This document shows positions 1-10,077 of a DNA stretch of 64,000 nucleotides, piece by piece. How positions within the stretch are numbered: the stretch's first letter is position 1; every line of letters starts with the position of its first letter. The notes beneath the pieces were generated by a model. That model saw nothing but the letters and a program-made list of their open reading frames with translations. It searched no databases and had not been told where the DNA came from. The translations under genes were made by a program, and so were the position numbers. Origin of the DNA: a virus; IMG/VR virus record IMGVR_UViG_3300021091_005330, positions 13,652 to 77,651 of that record; one strand, written 5' to 3'.

Positions 1-153
1 AATACAATTAAATTTTCTCCAAACGGAAGAAAGCATTTAGTTTTTTGTTTAAATGAAATGCTGGGGGCAGATTATTCTAATTATAATGAGATTATTGAGC
101 GACATCAAAATAATGCAAAAAATGAAGTTAAAGCTCAAAGAGGTATATTATGA
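1..153 (+). CDS. 3' end of a hypothetical protein truncated by the window edge
   Basis: Frame 1 is open from base 1 (NTIKFSPNGRKH...RGIL*); its TGA overlaps the next ATG (ATGA). Confidence 0.6.
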   Translation, partial: NTIKFSPNGRKHLVFCLNEMLGADYSNYNEIIERHQNNAKNEVKAQRGIL

Positions 154-359
154 ACTGTAAATCATATAAAGAATATTTATTAAAAAGATCTTATATAAAT
201 GATCCATTCAAATCGTATAAATTTGTTAATCATTGTAAAATTATAGAGCAAATATTAGGCCTAAATTGTTCTGATAATTGTCAAGAAAATATATATAAAT
301 TATATTGTGAGAAACCAGAAGAACTTAAAGAAATAATAGATTCTATTACTTTAGAATGA
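150..359 (+). CDS. hypothetical protein
   Basis: 69-aa ORF with ATGA overlaps at both ends. Confidence 0.6.
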   Translation: MNCKSYKEYLLKRSYINDPFKSYKFVNHCKIIEQILGLNCSDNCQENIYKLYCEKPEELKEIIDSITLE

Positions 360-1216
360 AATTTTTTTATTCTTTTTCTTTAAAAAATACGCCAATTAAC
401 AAAAAAGAAGAAATATTAAATAAAGATTATTGGAAATTATCTACAGATTTAGTAAAAAAACACTATAATGAAGTTTATCTTATAACAGATCTTGAAGGCG
501 AAAAATTTTTAAAACATTTAAATTTTACAAAAATATACACAGTATTAGATAAAGTCCCAAAATTTAAGAATAAAGTTTTATGGTCATTGTCAAAAATTTA
601 TGCATATAGGTTTATAGCTAAAAATTTTAATTCCTTTTGTCATATAGACCATGACGTATTTCTTTGGAAACCTATACCAAAATTTTTAATAGAATCTTCA
701 GTATTTCTTCAATCTTATGATGTACCATTATGGAATAAAAATAAAAAATCGGGCGTTTACAACGTACACGGTTTTTATGATATAAAAAATATATTATATC
801 CAGTATCTAGAAAAATACCTAACGTTTGGGAAAATCATATTATAAAACCTAATTTAAATATTAATTTATATAATATGGGCTTGTTTGGAGCTAATAATTC
901 TGAAATTATTTTAAATTATACAAAATTTGTAATAGATATGGTCAGGAATCCTGATTATCAAAACGTATGGGAATTTTATTTAGATTATCATAATGTTGCG
1001 GTCTTTTTAGAACAATTAAATCTTGGAGTATTTTTTTATATTAATAACATTACTCCCAATTTATACTTTAATTCCTATACTAATGGAAGATTTGAAAGTC
1101 CGTTAGAATACACCCATCTAATGGTACATAAACAAAGAAATGATATAAAAAATATAATTAATAATATCGTCAACAAAGATCCTTACGATTTATCTCCTAA
1201 AGTTATTTTTAAATAG
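356..1216 (+). CDS. DUF6734-like putative GT-A glycosyltransferase
   Basis: LITD..G, W.LSKIYAY, HIDHD (DxD-like) and YNMGLFG motifs; paralog at 56883. Confidence 0.6.
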   Translation: MKFFYSFSLKNTPINKKEEILNKDYWKLSTDLVKKHYNEVYLITDLEGEKFLKHLNFTKIYTVLDKVPKFKNKVLWSLSKIYAYRFIAKNFNSFCHIDHDVFLWKPIPKFLIESSVFLQSYDVPLWNKNKKSGVYNVHGFYDIKNILYPVSRKIPNVWENHIIKPNLNINLYNMGLFGANNSEIILNYTKFVIDMVRNPDYQNVWEFYLDYHNVAVFLEQLNLGVFFYINNITPNLYFNSYTNGRFESPLEYTHLMVHKQRNDIKNIINNIVNKDPYDLSPKVIFK

Positions 1217-1227
1217 AAATTTAATAA

Positions 1228-1233
1228 GTGTAA
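1228..1233 (+). promoter_or_regulatory. GTGTAA putative late-promoter motif
   Basis: 20 nt before ATG 1254; this copy is followed by a purine-rich SD-like stretch. Confidence 0.5.
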
Positions 1234-1253
1234 TCCTATAAAGGTAAAAGGTT

Positions 1254-2921
1254 ATGCCAAAATACGCAAGAATATTATTAAGCGGCTTTGAAAGCGCAAG
1301 TTACAAATTAGATGGTAGACCTATGATTATACCTCAAAATAAAATGATAGTTAAAAAAATTACATTGTATAATGAACATAATTTAGAGCTTGGAGATCCT
1401 AAAAATTTAATCTTAACTGGTATGGCTGATATAAATCAATCATTTTTTTCAGGAGACGCTTTTCCTAAAATTGTTGGATACGCTGAATTTCAAGACGAAG
1501 GATCGACTAATGAAAGCGGAGAGTATATAGCTGAAGGTACTGCTATAGGAAAATTTATAGATAATCAATTTTTTACAGATAAGTTCGGAAGAGAAGTGCA
1601 ACCAATAAATGAAATAATAAATTTTGAGTGTGATCCTGCTTATAAACTTACAGATGAATTTAAAGATATAAATTATTCTGTCTCTGGAACTTATCAACAA
1701 AAAGATTTTCAATTAATAGACGGGCAAGTAGAGACATTTCAAATTACTCCTCCAATTTGCAACAGATATAAAATCTATACAGGAGTCTTTTCAGGATCAA
1801 GCATTATCGAAGATAATTTTTATTTTCCAGATGAGTTAAAAGTAAAATTTAACAAGACAATAAATTATGTTGTTACAGGTACTCAATCATGGAGCCAAAA
1901 TCATTTGGTTGTTTCAGACGCATCTCCTTCTGGAGGAGGAGTCCCCGGTATTAATGTTTTGCAAAAAGTTTTAACAGAAGGAAGTGGTTTTGTTTACATA
2001 AAAGAAACTGGACTAATAACTGGAGAATTTTTTAATGTAGGTTTACCTAGAACAGGCATAACTGGACAATGTAAAATTACTGGTTATGTTACTGGAATTT
2101 TAGGGTTTGATGAAAAAGGAATATTTATTTTTAATGATATTGTAACTGGACAAAAACTTGGAGAAGCTATACAATTAAATGCAACAGGATATAAAAATGC
2201 ATATAATTATTTAATTTATAACAATCCAAATTTATTAGATTCAATAGCCATCGAAGATGAAGCAAACGATATTTTAAATACTATAACCTTCTCAAATGAA
2301 CAAGGATTTAATCCTCCAACATATTTTTCTAATATACAAGTTTTAAATAATATTATTAATTCTGGTTCCGGATATGGAGTAACATCTAAAATTATTAGCG
2401 GAAATATATTATATTTAGAATCTACAATTTCTGGAGAAAGTGGTAATTTAATTAGAGTAACTTCTATAGGCAGTCAAACAAAACCTTATTTATTAAATGG
2501 AGAATATCTCGTCAGCGGAGTAAGCTATTATCCAAGATTAACTCCTACAGGAGATTATACAGGTTTATTTTCGGGTGAAACTCAAATCACGGGTTATATG
2601 AGAATCCCATATGAACATTTTACTACAGGAAATATCAATACTGTTTTAGGATACAGAACATTTAATGACGAAAATCCAATATGGAGCGTAAGAGTTTCCG
2701 AAGATAATGTAGGATTTATTAATTTAACAAGCACAAGATATAAAGAGTTTAATAAATATAAGTTTACAGGAGATTTTGTAGATGATGCCACAACAAATAA
2801 CTATAATGTAATTATAGGGTATAATAATCAAGGAAATGTATACAACGAAGATGCTGTCGAGCTTAAACTTAAAATTAACAATAATGAAGCATATACAGGA
2901 GTATTTGTAAAAAGTTTATGA
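1254..2921 (+). CDS. putative virion/tail structural protein
   Basis: 555 aa, many TG/SG dipeptides, beta-strand-like composition, GTGTAA motif upstream. Confidence 0.5.
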   Translation: MPKYARILLSGFESASYKLDGRPMIIPQNKMIVKKITLYNEHNLELGDPKNLILTGMADINQSFFSGDAFPKIVGYAEFQDEGSTNESGEYIAEGTAIGKFIDNQFFTDKFGREVQPINEIINFECDPAYKLTDEFKDINYSVSGTYQQKDFQLIDGQVETFQITPPICNRYKIYTGVFSGSSIIEDNFYFPDELKVKFNKTINYVVTGTQSWSQNHLVVSDASPSGGGVPGINVLQKVLTEGSGFVYIKETGLITGEFFNVGLPRTGITGQCKITGYVTGILGFDEKGIFIFNDIVTGQKLGEAIQLNATGYKNAYNYLIYNNPNLLDSIAIEDEANDILNTITFSNEQGFNPPTYFSNIQVLNNIINSGSGYGVTSKIISGNILYLESTISGESGNLIRVTSIGSQTKPYLLNGEYLVSGVSYYPRLTPTGDYTGLFSGETQITGYMRIPYEHFTTGNINTVLGYRTFNDENPIWSVRVSEDNVGFINLTSTRYKEFNKYKFTGDFVDDATTNNYNVIIGYNNQGNVYNEDAVELKLKINNNEAYTGVFVKSL

Positions 2922-3634
2922 TTTATACCCCAGTTAGTATAGGAGGAGGAGGAGGCTGTTGCAAGTGCAGTTGGTTTAAGCCTACGATAATACCTAGTGG
3001 ACAAGACAATTATGTTAGTATAAATCCAGGCATAATATATAGGTCCTTTAATTTGAAAGATATGATGGTCTATACTGGATATATAGATGACGCTACAAAA
3101 TCTCAAATAGAAGCAAAAGAAGGAAATATTAGCGGACATGTTATTAATGGTTTAATGGAAAATATTGAAATAGAAGAATTTGATGGTATTATTTTAAAAA
3201 TAGGAGTAGGCCCAAATTTATATGCTACTGGCGCGACTATAGAAAAAGTAAGTTTAGATGATGACCCAATTTGGTCTGGGTATCCAGAACCTTTTGTTTG
3301 GAATCCTCCTTTTGAATTTGAAGACGATGGAACTCCAAAAAATGATGTTAAATACAGAAGGCAAACACATTGCATAATTCCTGTGGCTTATTTAACCGAC
3401 GACGAATTTCAAGAAGGCCAAACTGTAACATTTGGAAGCGGAGAGAATGCTAAAACGCAAAAATTAGTAAGAGTCTTATGCGATAATTTAATGATGACAT
3501 CTTTTAATTATGACGGAACTCCTGTTGCTTTTCCAATGCAAGCAACTCTTCATCCGTTTTTTTGGTATAAAACAGGAAGTAATAGTAGCGAAGGTAATGG
3601 TGGCGAAGGTAATGGTGGCGGAGGTGGAAGTTAA
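2918..3634 (+). CDS. hypothetical, probably structural; Gly-rich termini
   Basis: Coupled to the upstream gene by ATGA; GGGGGCCKC N-terminus, EGNGG repeats at C-terminus. Confidence 0.55.
   Translation: MIYTPVSIGGGGGCCKCSWFKPTIIPSGQDNYVSINPGIIYRSFNLKDMMVYTGYIDDATKSQIEAKEGNISGHVINGLMENIEIEEFDGIILKIGVGPNLYATGATIEKVSLDDDPIWSGYPEPFVWNPPFEFEDDGTPKNDVKYRRQTHCIIPVAYLTDDEFQEGQTVTFGSGENAKTQKLVRVLCDNLMMTSFNYDGTPVAFPMQATLHPFFWYKTGSNSSEGNGGEGNGGGGGS
3588..3620 (+). repeat. 15-bp tandem repeat GCGAAGGTAATGGTG (~2.2 copies) encoding EGNGG
   Basis: Seen directly in the sequence. Confidence 0.8.
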
Positions 3635-3635
3635 A

Positions 3636-5063
3636 ATGAGTTTTATTCTCAATAAAAAAGTATTAACTCCTAATTGGAATCCTGCATATGGTTTGCAAAG
3701 TAAAAGTATTTTAAATAAAACTCCTATGCTCAATGCTGTACCAGTAACAAATTCTTATATATTTTTTAGAAATGGCGCAATGAAATCAATACCAGAAGAT
3801 AATATCGTAGATGACCAAGTCAAAACAATCTTTGAAGAAGATAGAAAACAATTTCTTTCTGAAACAAGTTTGCAGAATGTAGTTGGTTTTGGTCCAGGAA
3901 CAAATAGACCGATGGCCTTTACCGAAACAAAATTTTCTGATTTATATTATAATGATTATGGATTTTATTTAAATTGGGGAAGTCTTCTCTTTGGTGCATT
4001 AACCCCATTGGCAGTATCTGTAGTTTTTGGAATACCTATAACTAGTTTAATAGGATTAATGATATGCATAGCGGTATCATTAATGATTATGAATACCCTA
4101 AGTCCTAGTTTTGTTGGAGCAGGAGCAGTAAGAATTCCAAGGATGGGCGTATCTAGAATGTATTTTTATGAACAAGTAACTAAAGCAGAAAATACAAAAA
4201 TGATTGGCCAAACAATTAACCGTTTTTTTCCTTTAGCTAACACTAGAGAAAGAAAAATAATTTACAAAAAAATGATTAATTTATGTAGTGATAAAGAATT
4301 TCAAAAAACAGTTGGAACTATTAGTGACGCACTTTTGAGTAAAGGAGAATGCATGGCTGGAGTTGGATACAGTTCTTCACCGTGGAGGAGCGTTCAAGAA
4401 AGTAAAATAAAATCTTACATCAACAATTTAAAAACTAATTCTACAAAAAAATACGAAAAGCTAGGAAATTTAGGATTTCAAGATCTTGAAGATTTTGAAG
4501 AAGGTGAAGAAGATTTTTTAAACGCATTAGAAGAAGTTGGTCTTACTAATAGAGTAATGTTTTCAGGAAGACCAACCTCAGTATATATTGATTTTACAGA
4601 TTGGATTCCTAGTAAAATAACCCGAAGTGGAGTAGGAACAGGATTTTTTGGAACTTTTTCTTGGGCAGATGGAGGTATAGCCGGCGGAGGAGGAAATAGA
4701 ACTTATAGAAATATGTATAAAAATCCAGAAAATACAAAATCTATTTTTGGTCCGTATATTTGCAGAAGTAGATCTAATTGGTTTTATTATCCAAAAATAA
4801 ATATTACAACTCCAACTTTTTCTACAGGACTTTTGCCTCAAACCTCTGGTACGCGAGTAAGTTATCTAGGAGGTATAAATTGCTTTGGAGGAATATTGGT
4901 AGGAAATACTATTGGTGGCTATAATTTTTTAGAGTTATTACTATTTATAATCTCGGTCAGCTTTCCAATATTAGTAGGCACAGGAGGAATGTTTGGTTCT
5001 GCAAAAGAGTTAGGGCCTGTATTAAATAGTCCTCCTATATGGTTTCCTAGAGAAAAAAAATAA
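3636..5063 (+). CDS. membrane-spanning hypothetical protein, possibly virion/ejected
   Basis: Likely start MSFILNKK at 3636, just after the upstream stop; two hydrophobic segments near aa 115-155 and one near the C-terminus; Gly-rich. Confidence 0.6.
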   Translation: MSFILNKKVLTPNWNPAYGLQSKSILNKTPMLNAVPVTNSYIFFRNGAMKSIPEDNIVDDQVKTIFEEDRKQFLSETSLQNVVGFGPGTNRPMAFTETKFSDLYYNDYGFYLNWGSLLFGALTPLAVSVVFGIPITSLIGLMICIAVSLMIMNTLSPSFVGAGAVRIPRMGVSRMYFYEQVTKAENTKMIGQTINRFFPLANTRERKIIYKKMINLCSDKEFQKTVGTISDALLSKGECMAGVGYSSSPWRSVQESKIKSYINNLKTNSTKKYEKLGNLGFQDLEDFEEGEEDFLNALEEVGLTNRVMFSGRPTSVYIDFTDWIPSKITRSGVGTGFFGTFSWADGGIAGGGGNRTYRNMYKNPENTKSIFGPYICRSRSNWFYYPKINITTPTFSTGLLPQTSGTRVSYLGGINCFGGILVGNTIGGYNFLELLLFIISVSFPILVGTGGMFGSAKELGPVLNSPPIWFPREKK

Positions 5064-5091
5064 ACCTATGATTTCACAATAAATTTATGGT

Positions 5092-5097
5092 GTGTAA
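5092..5097 (+). promoter_or_regulatory. GTGTAA putative late-promoter motif
   Basis: 12 nt before ATG 5110. Confidence 0.6.
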
Positions 5098-5109
5098 TAT
5101 TATTTAAAT

Positions 5110-5541
5110 ATGCCTTTCACAGTTACTATTACCAAAACTACAGCTGGATTAGAAAATTCTTATACTGTTCCAGAAAACTATATAGCAGGAGCCAAACAAG
5201 CTATAAGTGAAACTATTAGTGGTTCTACAACTAATCAATTAGTGAATTTTGATTTCGTACCAGCTAGTGGTAAAGTATTGGCATTTTCTACAGATGCTGA
5301 TTACAATGTAACGGTAAAAGCAAATAGCACATCTTCTCCAATTAATACATTTATTATAACATCGACAACTCCAATGTTATTTAATGCTATAACTGGTTCT
5401 AATGGATCTATAGCTAGTTGGGGAGAATATGACTCAAATGGAGCCGATTTAAGTGCAACTATAACTAGTCTCTATGTGACAAATACCGGCACCACAGATG
5501 TCACTTTTAATGTAGATTCTTTGTACGACCCAACTCCATAA
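5110..5541 (+). CDS. Thr/Ser-rich putative virion structural protein
   Basis: 143 aa, T/S/N-rich, low charge, GTGTAA motif upstream. Confidence 0.55.
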   Translation: MPFTVTITKTTAGLENSYTVPENYIAGAKQAISETISGSTTNQLVNFDFVPASGKVLAFSTDADYNVTVKANSTSSPINTFIITSTTPMLFNAITGSNGSIASWGEYDSNGADLSATITSLYVTNTGTTDVTFNVDSLYDPTP

Positions 5542-5542
5542 G

Positions 5543-5779
5543 TCACCTATTATTTTCTAATTTTTCTACAATATTTGTTATTGTATTTCTGTGTTCATCT
5601 TTTAATATATTACTATATTTATTTAATATAGGTAACACCGCTTGATTTTTAAAACTTTTAATAAAGTTAAAATTAAAAGGATATTTCATACCTATATTTT
5701 GCCATTCAGTTTTAAAACAAAGATACAAATACCCAAGCTCTTCTTCAGTTAAAGAATCTAACTGAACTTTTGTTATCAT
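5543..5779 (-). CDS. hypothetical protein
   Basis: 78-aa ORF coupled to the upstream minus-strand gene. Confidence 0.6.
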   Translation of the reverse strand: MITKVQLDSLTEEELGYLYLCFKTEWQNIGMKYPFNFNFIKSFKNQAVLPILNKYSNILKDEHRNTITNIVEKLENNR

Positions 5780-6558
5780 TACGCTTTAATTTTTTTTAAT
5801 CTTTCTATCAATTCAAATATTTTAGTCTTGGGTATATCATTGATAGAGCTAATATTGTCTGCATTATCAAATTTTTCTTTAATTAATTTTGATTTTAAAT
5901 TATCTAAAGTAATTGATTTTTCTTTCATTACCTTTTCTAGAAGAGAGTGCGGAGAAGTAGGATTATCTACCGTTACTGCTTCTTCTAGTATTTTTGCATC
6001 TCCGAGTTCTTCTTGACTTACGATATTAATTTTAAGGAAATTTCTGACACATCTTACGAAAGCCCTATTTTCGGCAATTGCAGCTAAAAAGAATCTAGCA
6101 AAACTTTTTGTATTTTGTAATGAAGCATCAGCAAGAGCTTCGAAAGTAACTATTTTATTTTGGGTTTCATAGTTTGGTACCCACGTTATTTTACAGCTAG
6201 TAGCAAAATAATTTTCTGAGGCTGCTACCACCTTATAGGTAACATCAGTATATCCTCTTATTTGAGCCAACTCTTTAATTCCGCCCAAAAGAATTAATAA
6301 GTCTTTATCTTCTAGCTTTGAGACATCTGTTTCTTGTGTCCTTTGTCTGTTTGGTACGAGATATTGATGTTTAACCATTCCTCTCCAATTAATAAATCCA
6401 TCCTCATTGAAATTATATTTTATGCTTTGATCTTCAAGAAGACCGTAGCCGTTTCTTGTGATAGCTTTGGGCGGACAATTTTTACATGGTTCATTAGTTT
6501 CTTCTACGAACTTAATATTGGGTTGAATAATTGTAGTCTGTGTTTCTGTATTTTCCAT
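5779..6558 (-). CDS. putative ssDNA-annealing recombinase (Rad52/Sak-like fold)
   Basis: LLGGIKELA..RG and AIAENRAFVRCVR..L resemble the Rad52-type A.T.A..RA...L helix; replication context. Confidence 0.4.
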   Translation of the reverse strand: MENTETQTTIIQPNIKFVEETNEPCKNCPPKAITRNGYGLLEDQSIKYNFNEDGFINWRGMVKHQYLVPNRQRTQETDVSKLEDKDLLILLGGIKELAQIRGYTDVTYKVVAASENYFATSCKITWVPNYETQNKIVTFEALADASLQNTKSFARFFLAAIAENRAFVRCVRNFLKINIVSQEELGDAKILEEAVTVDNPTSPHSLLEKVMKEKSITLDNLKSKLIKEKFDNADNISSINDIPKTKIFELIERLKKIKA

Positions 6559-6564
6559 ATAGAT

Positions 6565-6593
6565 ATATTAATATAATTTTAAGATTTTGTCAA
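6565..6593 (-). promoter_or_regulatory. sigma70-like promoter, leaderless geometry
   Basis: TTGACA-N17-TAATAT-N6-ATG(6558). Confidence 0.7.
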
Positions 6594-7775
6594 GTCTAGG
6601 CCAAATACATAAAATTTATCAGGATTCTCGTTGATAATATTTATATCATAATATTCTTGAGTATTGTCGTTTAATGAATCTACTGGTTTATCATCAAAAA
6701 ATGCTTTTTCGCTTAAAAATACTTTACCTTTACTTAAGATAAAATTATTACTTTTATAAAAAATAGATAAGCCTTTACCTTCGATATTTTTTATTTTTTC
6801 TTTAATCTTAGGATGATTTAAATTAATTTTTATAATATTTCCATAATCCATAAAATGAAGCTTATATTTGTTTAATTCTTCTTCTTTTAAATATGAAAAA
6901 AGCTGATATTTTATATTAAGCGATCTTAAAGTTTTAACAAAGTTTAAATTAGATTCGTTTTCTATAAAACAATTAACGCCCATAATATTCTCTTTATTAT
7001 TTTTTAATATCTCTGTGGTTATTGGCTCAGAGCAAGTTATAACGCATTTCATTATTTGTAATTGTTTCTTTAAAACTTCTTCATCATGAAGTAAATCCAT
7101 TCTTGAAATTATATGATTTATAGTTTGATTTTGTTTTACCAAATGATCTGGTACAACATTAAAAATCTTATTATTATAATAATCACCAATAAAAATTGTT
7201 TTTAATTTATTTAAATTGTTTTTAATATTTAATTTATTTAATATCTCTATAGCAACTGATTCTGGATTAATAAAATTAATAGTCTTAGGATCTTCTTTAG
7301 CAGAAAATGTTGGTTTTTTGCCATCCCTATGAGATTCAATTATTGTATAGTCTTCTTTGTTACTCCAATAAGGATAAAAATTAGAAGAATACAATACGGT
7401 AGATACGCAAACAATTTTCTTTTGAAAATAAGAAGCGAAATGAAGACTCATTGTATCATTACCAAAATATAATTTTGAATTATTTAAAATGTAAGCCATT
7501 TGTCTTTTGGAAGATCCTCTAGCGTCAAAACACCCTTCTAATAGCTTTTCTTTTGAGCCTCCGATTTGAATAATTCTTATTTTATACTTGTGCAAAAGTG
7601 GACTAATTAAATTAATTACCTCTTGAAAATGATCATAGTTTTTTGAATCCATACCACTTCCAGAATGAATACATATATAATCTTCTTGGAATGGTATTGG
7701 ATAAAATTCTTCTAAAATATATGGTTTATTTATTTTAGCCCCACAATTAACAGCGTATTGTTCTAGAATATGCAT
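6579..7775 (-). CDS. GT9 (heptosyltransferase-like) C-terminal domain plus unknown domain
   Basis: YICIHSGSG..SKNY, IIQIGG, LYFGNDTMSLHFA motifs of the GT9 nucleotide-binding half. Confidence 0.65.
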   Translation of the reverse strand: MHILEQYAVNCGAKINKPYILEEFYPIPFQEDYICIHSGSGMDSKNYDHFQEVINLISPLLHKYKIRIIQIGGSKEKLLEGCFDARGSSKRQMAYILNNSKLYFGNDTMSLHFASYFQKKIVCVSTVLYSSNFYPYWSNKEDYTIIESHRDGKKPTFSAKEDPKTINFINPESVAIEILNKLNIKNNLNKLKTIFIGDYYNNKIFNVVPDHLVKQNQTINHIISRMDLLHDEEVLKKQLQIMKCVITCSEPITTEILKNNKENIMGVNCFIENESNLNFVKTLRSLNIKYQLFSYLKEEELNKYKLHFMDYGNIIKINLNHPKIKEKIKNIEGKGLSIFYKSNNFILSKGKVFLSEKAFFDDKPVDSLNDNTQEYYDINIINENPDKFYVFGLDLTKS

Positions 7776-7778
7776 ATA

Positions 7779-8156
7779 TCAATTATATTTTTCGTAGCTT
7801 TTTTGTTCCATTATATTTGATTTGTAGTAATTATTAATTTGATTTTTTATGTCAAACCTTTGATCATTAGTAATATATACTGCTCTCGCTAATTCTATAA
7901 ACTCAGAATCAAATTCTTTTTTTCTTTCCTTATCTCTTATATCGTCTTCTATTTTCCAAAGCTTTAAATTAATTTCTTTAATTTTTAAAACCCAATTTAT
8001 ATAAGAATATAATCTATCGGCTTCTTTTGTAAGCGACTCTTTTTCTTTGTTTATACATAATAATTTAATTGGATCTTTAATTTTTTCCGCTTTTATTTCT
8101 AAAATAGAAATTTTATCTATTAATTCTCCAGCAGAAATTTCGCAAAATAGATTCAT
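7779..8156 (-). CDS. DUF6165-like protein
   Basis: ISAGELIDKISILEIK...N.KLW.IEDDIR...FIELARAVY.TND.R..IK..IN.....I.EQKSY. Confidence 0.75.
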   Translation of the reverse strand: MNLFCEISAGELIDKISILEIKAEKIKDPIKLLCINKEKESLTKEADRLYSYINWVLKIKEINLKLWKIEDDIRDKERKKEFDSEFIELARAVYITNDQRFDIKNQINNYYKSNIMEQKSYEKYN

Positions 8157-8157
8157 A

Positions 8158-10074
8158 TTAAAAGTCTTTTATATCAAAAGCTAACTTGTCTTTTCCATTA
8201 TGCAGATAATTAAGTATTCTTTGAGTTCCTATATATGGAAGGAATGTAATTTCAAAATGTCCATTGTGATTACCAACTCCTTCTGACCATAATAAATTAT
8301 CCATAATTGGATTATACTCTATTGTTTTATAAACATATGGATTTCCATCTAAAATTTCCATATATTGTTTTTGCGTAGCAAAATATATATTATATTCTGG
8401 ATATGTATTTTTAATAGAAGGAAGTAGCGATGTGCACCAAAAAACATCTCCCGCGCTTTGTGGCATTACGAATAATAGCCTTTTACCTTCATCATCTTTA
8501 GATAGAATAGTCGAGAAATCATCCTTTTGAAATTGTCCATTTTCTTTAGCGGCAATTTCTCTAAAATATTGTTCTATAGTGCTTCTTTTTACGCCTTTTT
8601 TAATTTCATTAGCCCAATATTTATATCCATCATCATGTTCGTCAACCTCTTTCATTTTTAAAATATTATGGTAAATATAAATAAGCCATTCTTTATCATC
8701 TTTAATTTCTGGTATAACATGGAGCGGATCTCTTTTTTCTTCTTCTAGGGAAAAATCATAATTGGTAAAAGGCGCATCATCAATAAATTTAGATATTTTC
8801 TGGCCTATTGTTTCTATAGAATAATTTTTAATAGTCCATTCTCTAGACTTTGAACCAATTTCTCTTCTTTTTTCTAAAGACATATTATAGACTTTATTTA
8901 TTTGCTTGGCTATTGAAGTAGGTTTTGTTGAAGCTTTTCTAAATTCTGTTCCATGCTCTCTATATTCTGACCATTCCAAAGGAAAACTACCGGATCCTTC
9001 TTCGCAAAGCTCTTCTCCACAAGAATAATTAGTGACTAATGTTATTAGTTCTGTTAACTTAGCTTCTTGTATAGGTATTTCTTGACCTCCACTTGTAAAG
9101 GGATGGCAGTAAACATCCATTAAATTATAAATCTGATTCAATTGCTCTTCTGTAACACCTAGTCCTACATTTGTCGTAATTTGAGACTTTTCTGTTTTGC
9201 AAAATCTACAATTTAAATCTTGTCCTTGGAATGGTTTAATTTCATATTCTCCACAGTTTTTACATATATATGTTGTTAGAATTTCTTTTGGATCTATATT
9301 ATATTCTTGTGCTAATTTATGTATATTCCAACCTTCTGACCAGTGAGTATGCAAAAGCAAAAATGTATTCTTAATTTGTGGATTTGATCTTTTCCATAAA
9401 GCATATCCTTCTAACAAATTGGGCACGCTTTTTCTTAATTGATTTCTAAAAACAAAACCTATAATAAATGAATCTAACGGTATGTTGTACAATTTTCTTA
9501 GATTTTCTTTTTCGGAATTAGATAATTTATAAAAACTTTTTGTTTCTAATGGTCCGTGCATAGTTTGCGCGTGGGTATGCCCCATGTCGTGCAAAGCTTT
9601 TGTGGCAAAATCACTCCAAATCCAATAATTTTTCGTTTTCTTCGCAGCGTTTATGGCTGTTGGTAGTATAGGAAGAGAATCTAAGGTCGTCCAAAGAACA
9701 GAAGTAATTTTATTAAACCATTTTTTTTGTATTGCGAAATCTATGCCCCAAATGTCTTGGACAGCTATATAAACATCTGGTTTTTCTTCTTTTATAACTT
9801 TATCTAAATAATAGGCTCCATAACTAGCCATTCTAGCCATATTCGGATCTTTTTGTATTTCCTCAAACTCTTTAGAATTAGATGGTAATGTTCCAACAGT
9901 CTTCCAAGGAGTCCTAGAAAAATCTGGATGATTACATGGTAGTCCACATGAATAGTGTACTATATCATATTTTTCTGTAGAATAAAGATATGATAATAGA
10001 GCTTTTGAAGCTCTTCCGAATCCTGTTTTAGCTAAACTAAAATCGGATTGATATAATAACTTTTTCTTTTTCAT
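8158..10074 (-). CDS. GT4 glycosyltransferase with Zn-ribbon insert, fused to a GT9-like N-terminal half
   Basis: KTGFGR, RNQLRK, GGQEIPIQEA; CKNC...CRFC insert; C-terminal SAGDVFWCTSLLPSIK..YP..NIYFAT. Confidence 0.75.
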   Translation of the reverse strand: MKKKKLLYQSDFSLAKTGFGRASKALLSYLYSTEKYDIVHYSCGLPCNHPDFSRTPWKTVGTLPSNSKEFEEIQKDPNMARMASYGAYYLDKVIKEEKPDVYIAVQDIWGIDFAIQKKWFNKITSVLWTTLDSLPILPTAINAAKKTKNYWIWSDFATKALHDMGHTHAQTMHGPLETKSFYKLSNSEKENLRKLYNIPLDSFIIGFVFRNQLRKSVPNLLEGYALWKRSNPQIKNTFLLLHTHWSEGWNIHKLAQEYNIDPKEILTTYICKNCGEYEIKPFQGQDLNCRFCKTEKSQITTNVGLGVTEEQLNQIYNLMDVYCHPFTSGGQEIPIQEAKLTELITLVTNYSCGEELCEEGSGSFPLEWSEYREHGTEFRKASTKPTSIAKQINKVYNMSLEKRREIGSKSREWTIKNYSIETIGQKISKFIDDAPFTNYDFSLEEEKRDPLHVIPEIKDDKEWLIYIYHNILKMKEVDEHDDGYKYWANEIKKGVKRSTIEQYFREIAAKENGQFQKDDFSTILSKDDEGKRLLFVMPQSAGDVFWCTSLLPSIKNTYPEYNIYFATQKQYMEILDGNPYVYKTIEYNPIMDNLLWSEGVGNHNGHFEITFLPYIGTQRILNYLHNGKDKLAFDIKDF

Positions 10075-10077
10075 TAA

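Noticed and set aside
3510-3635. N-terminal extension of the 517-aa ORF
   Set aside because: It overlaps the upstream gene and translates its Gly-repeat in another frame; ATG 3636 is the more plausible start
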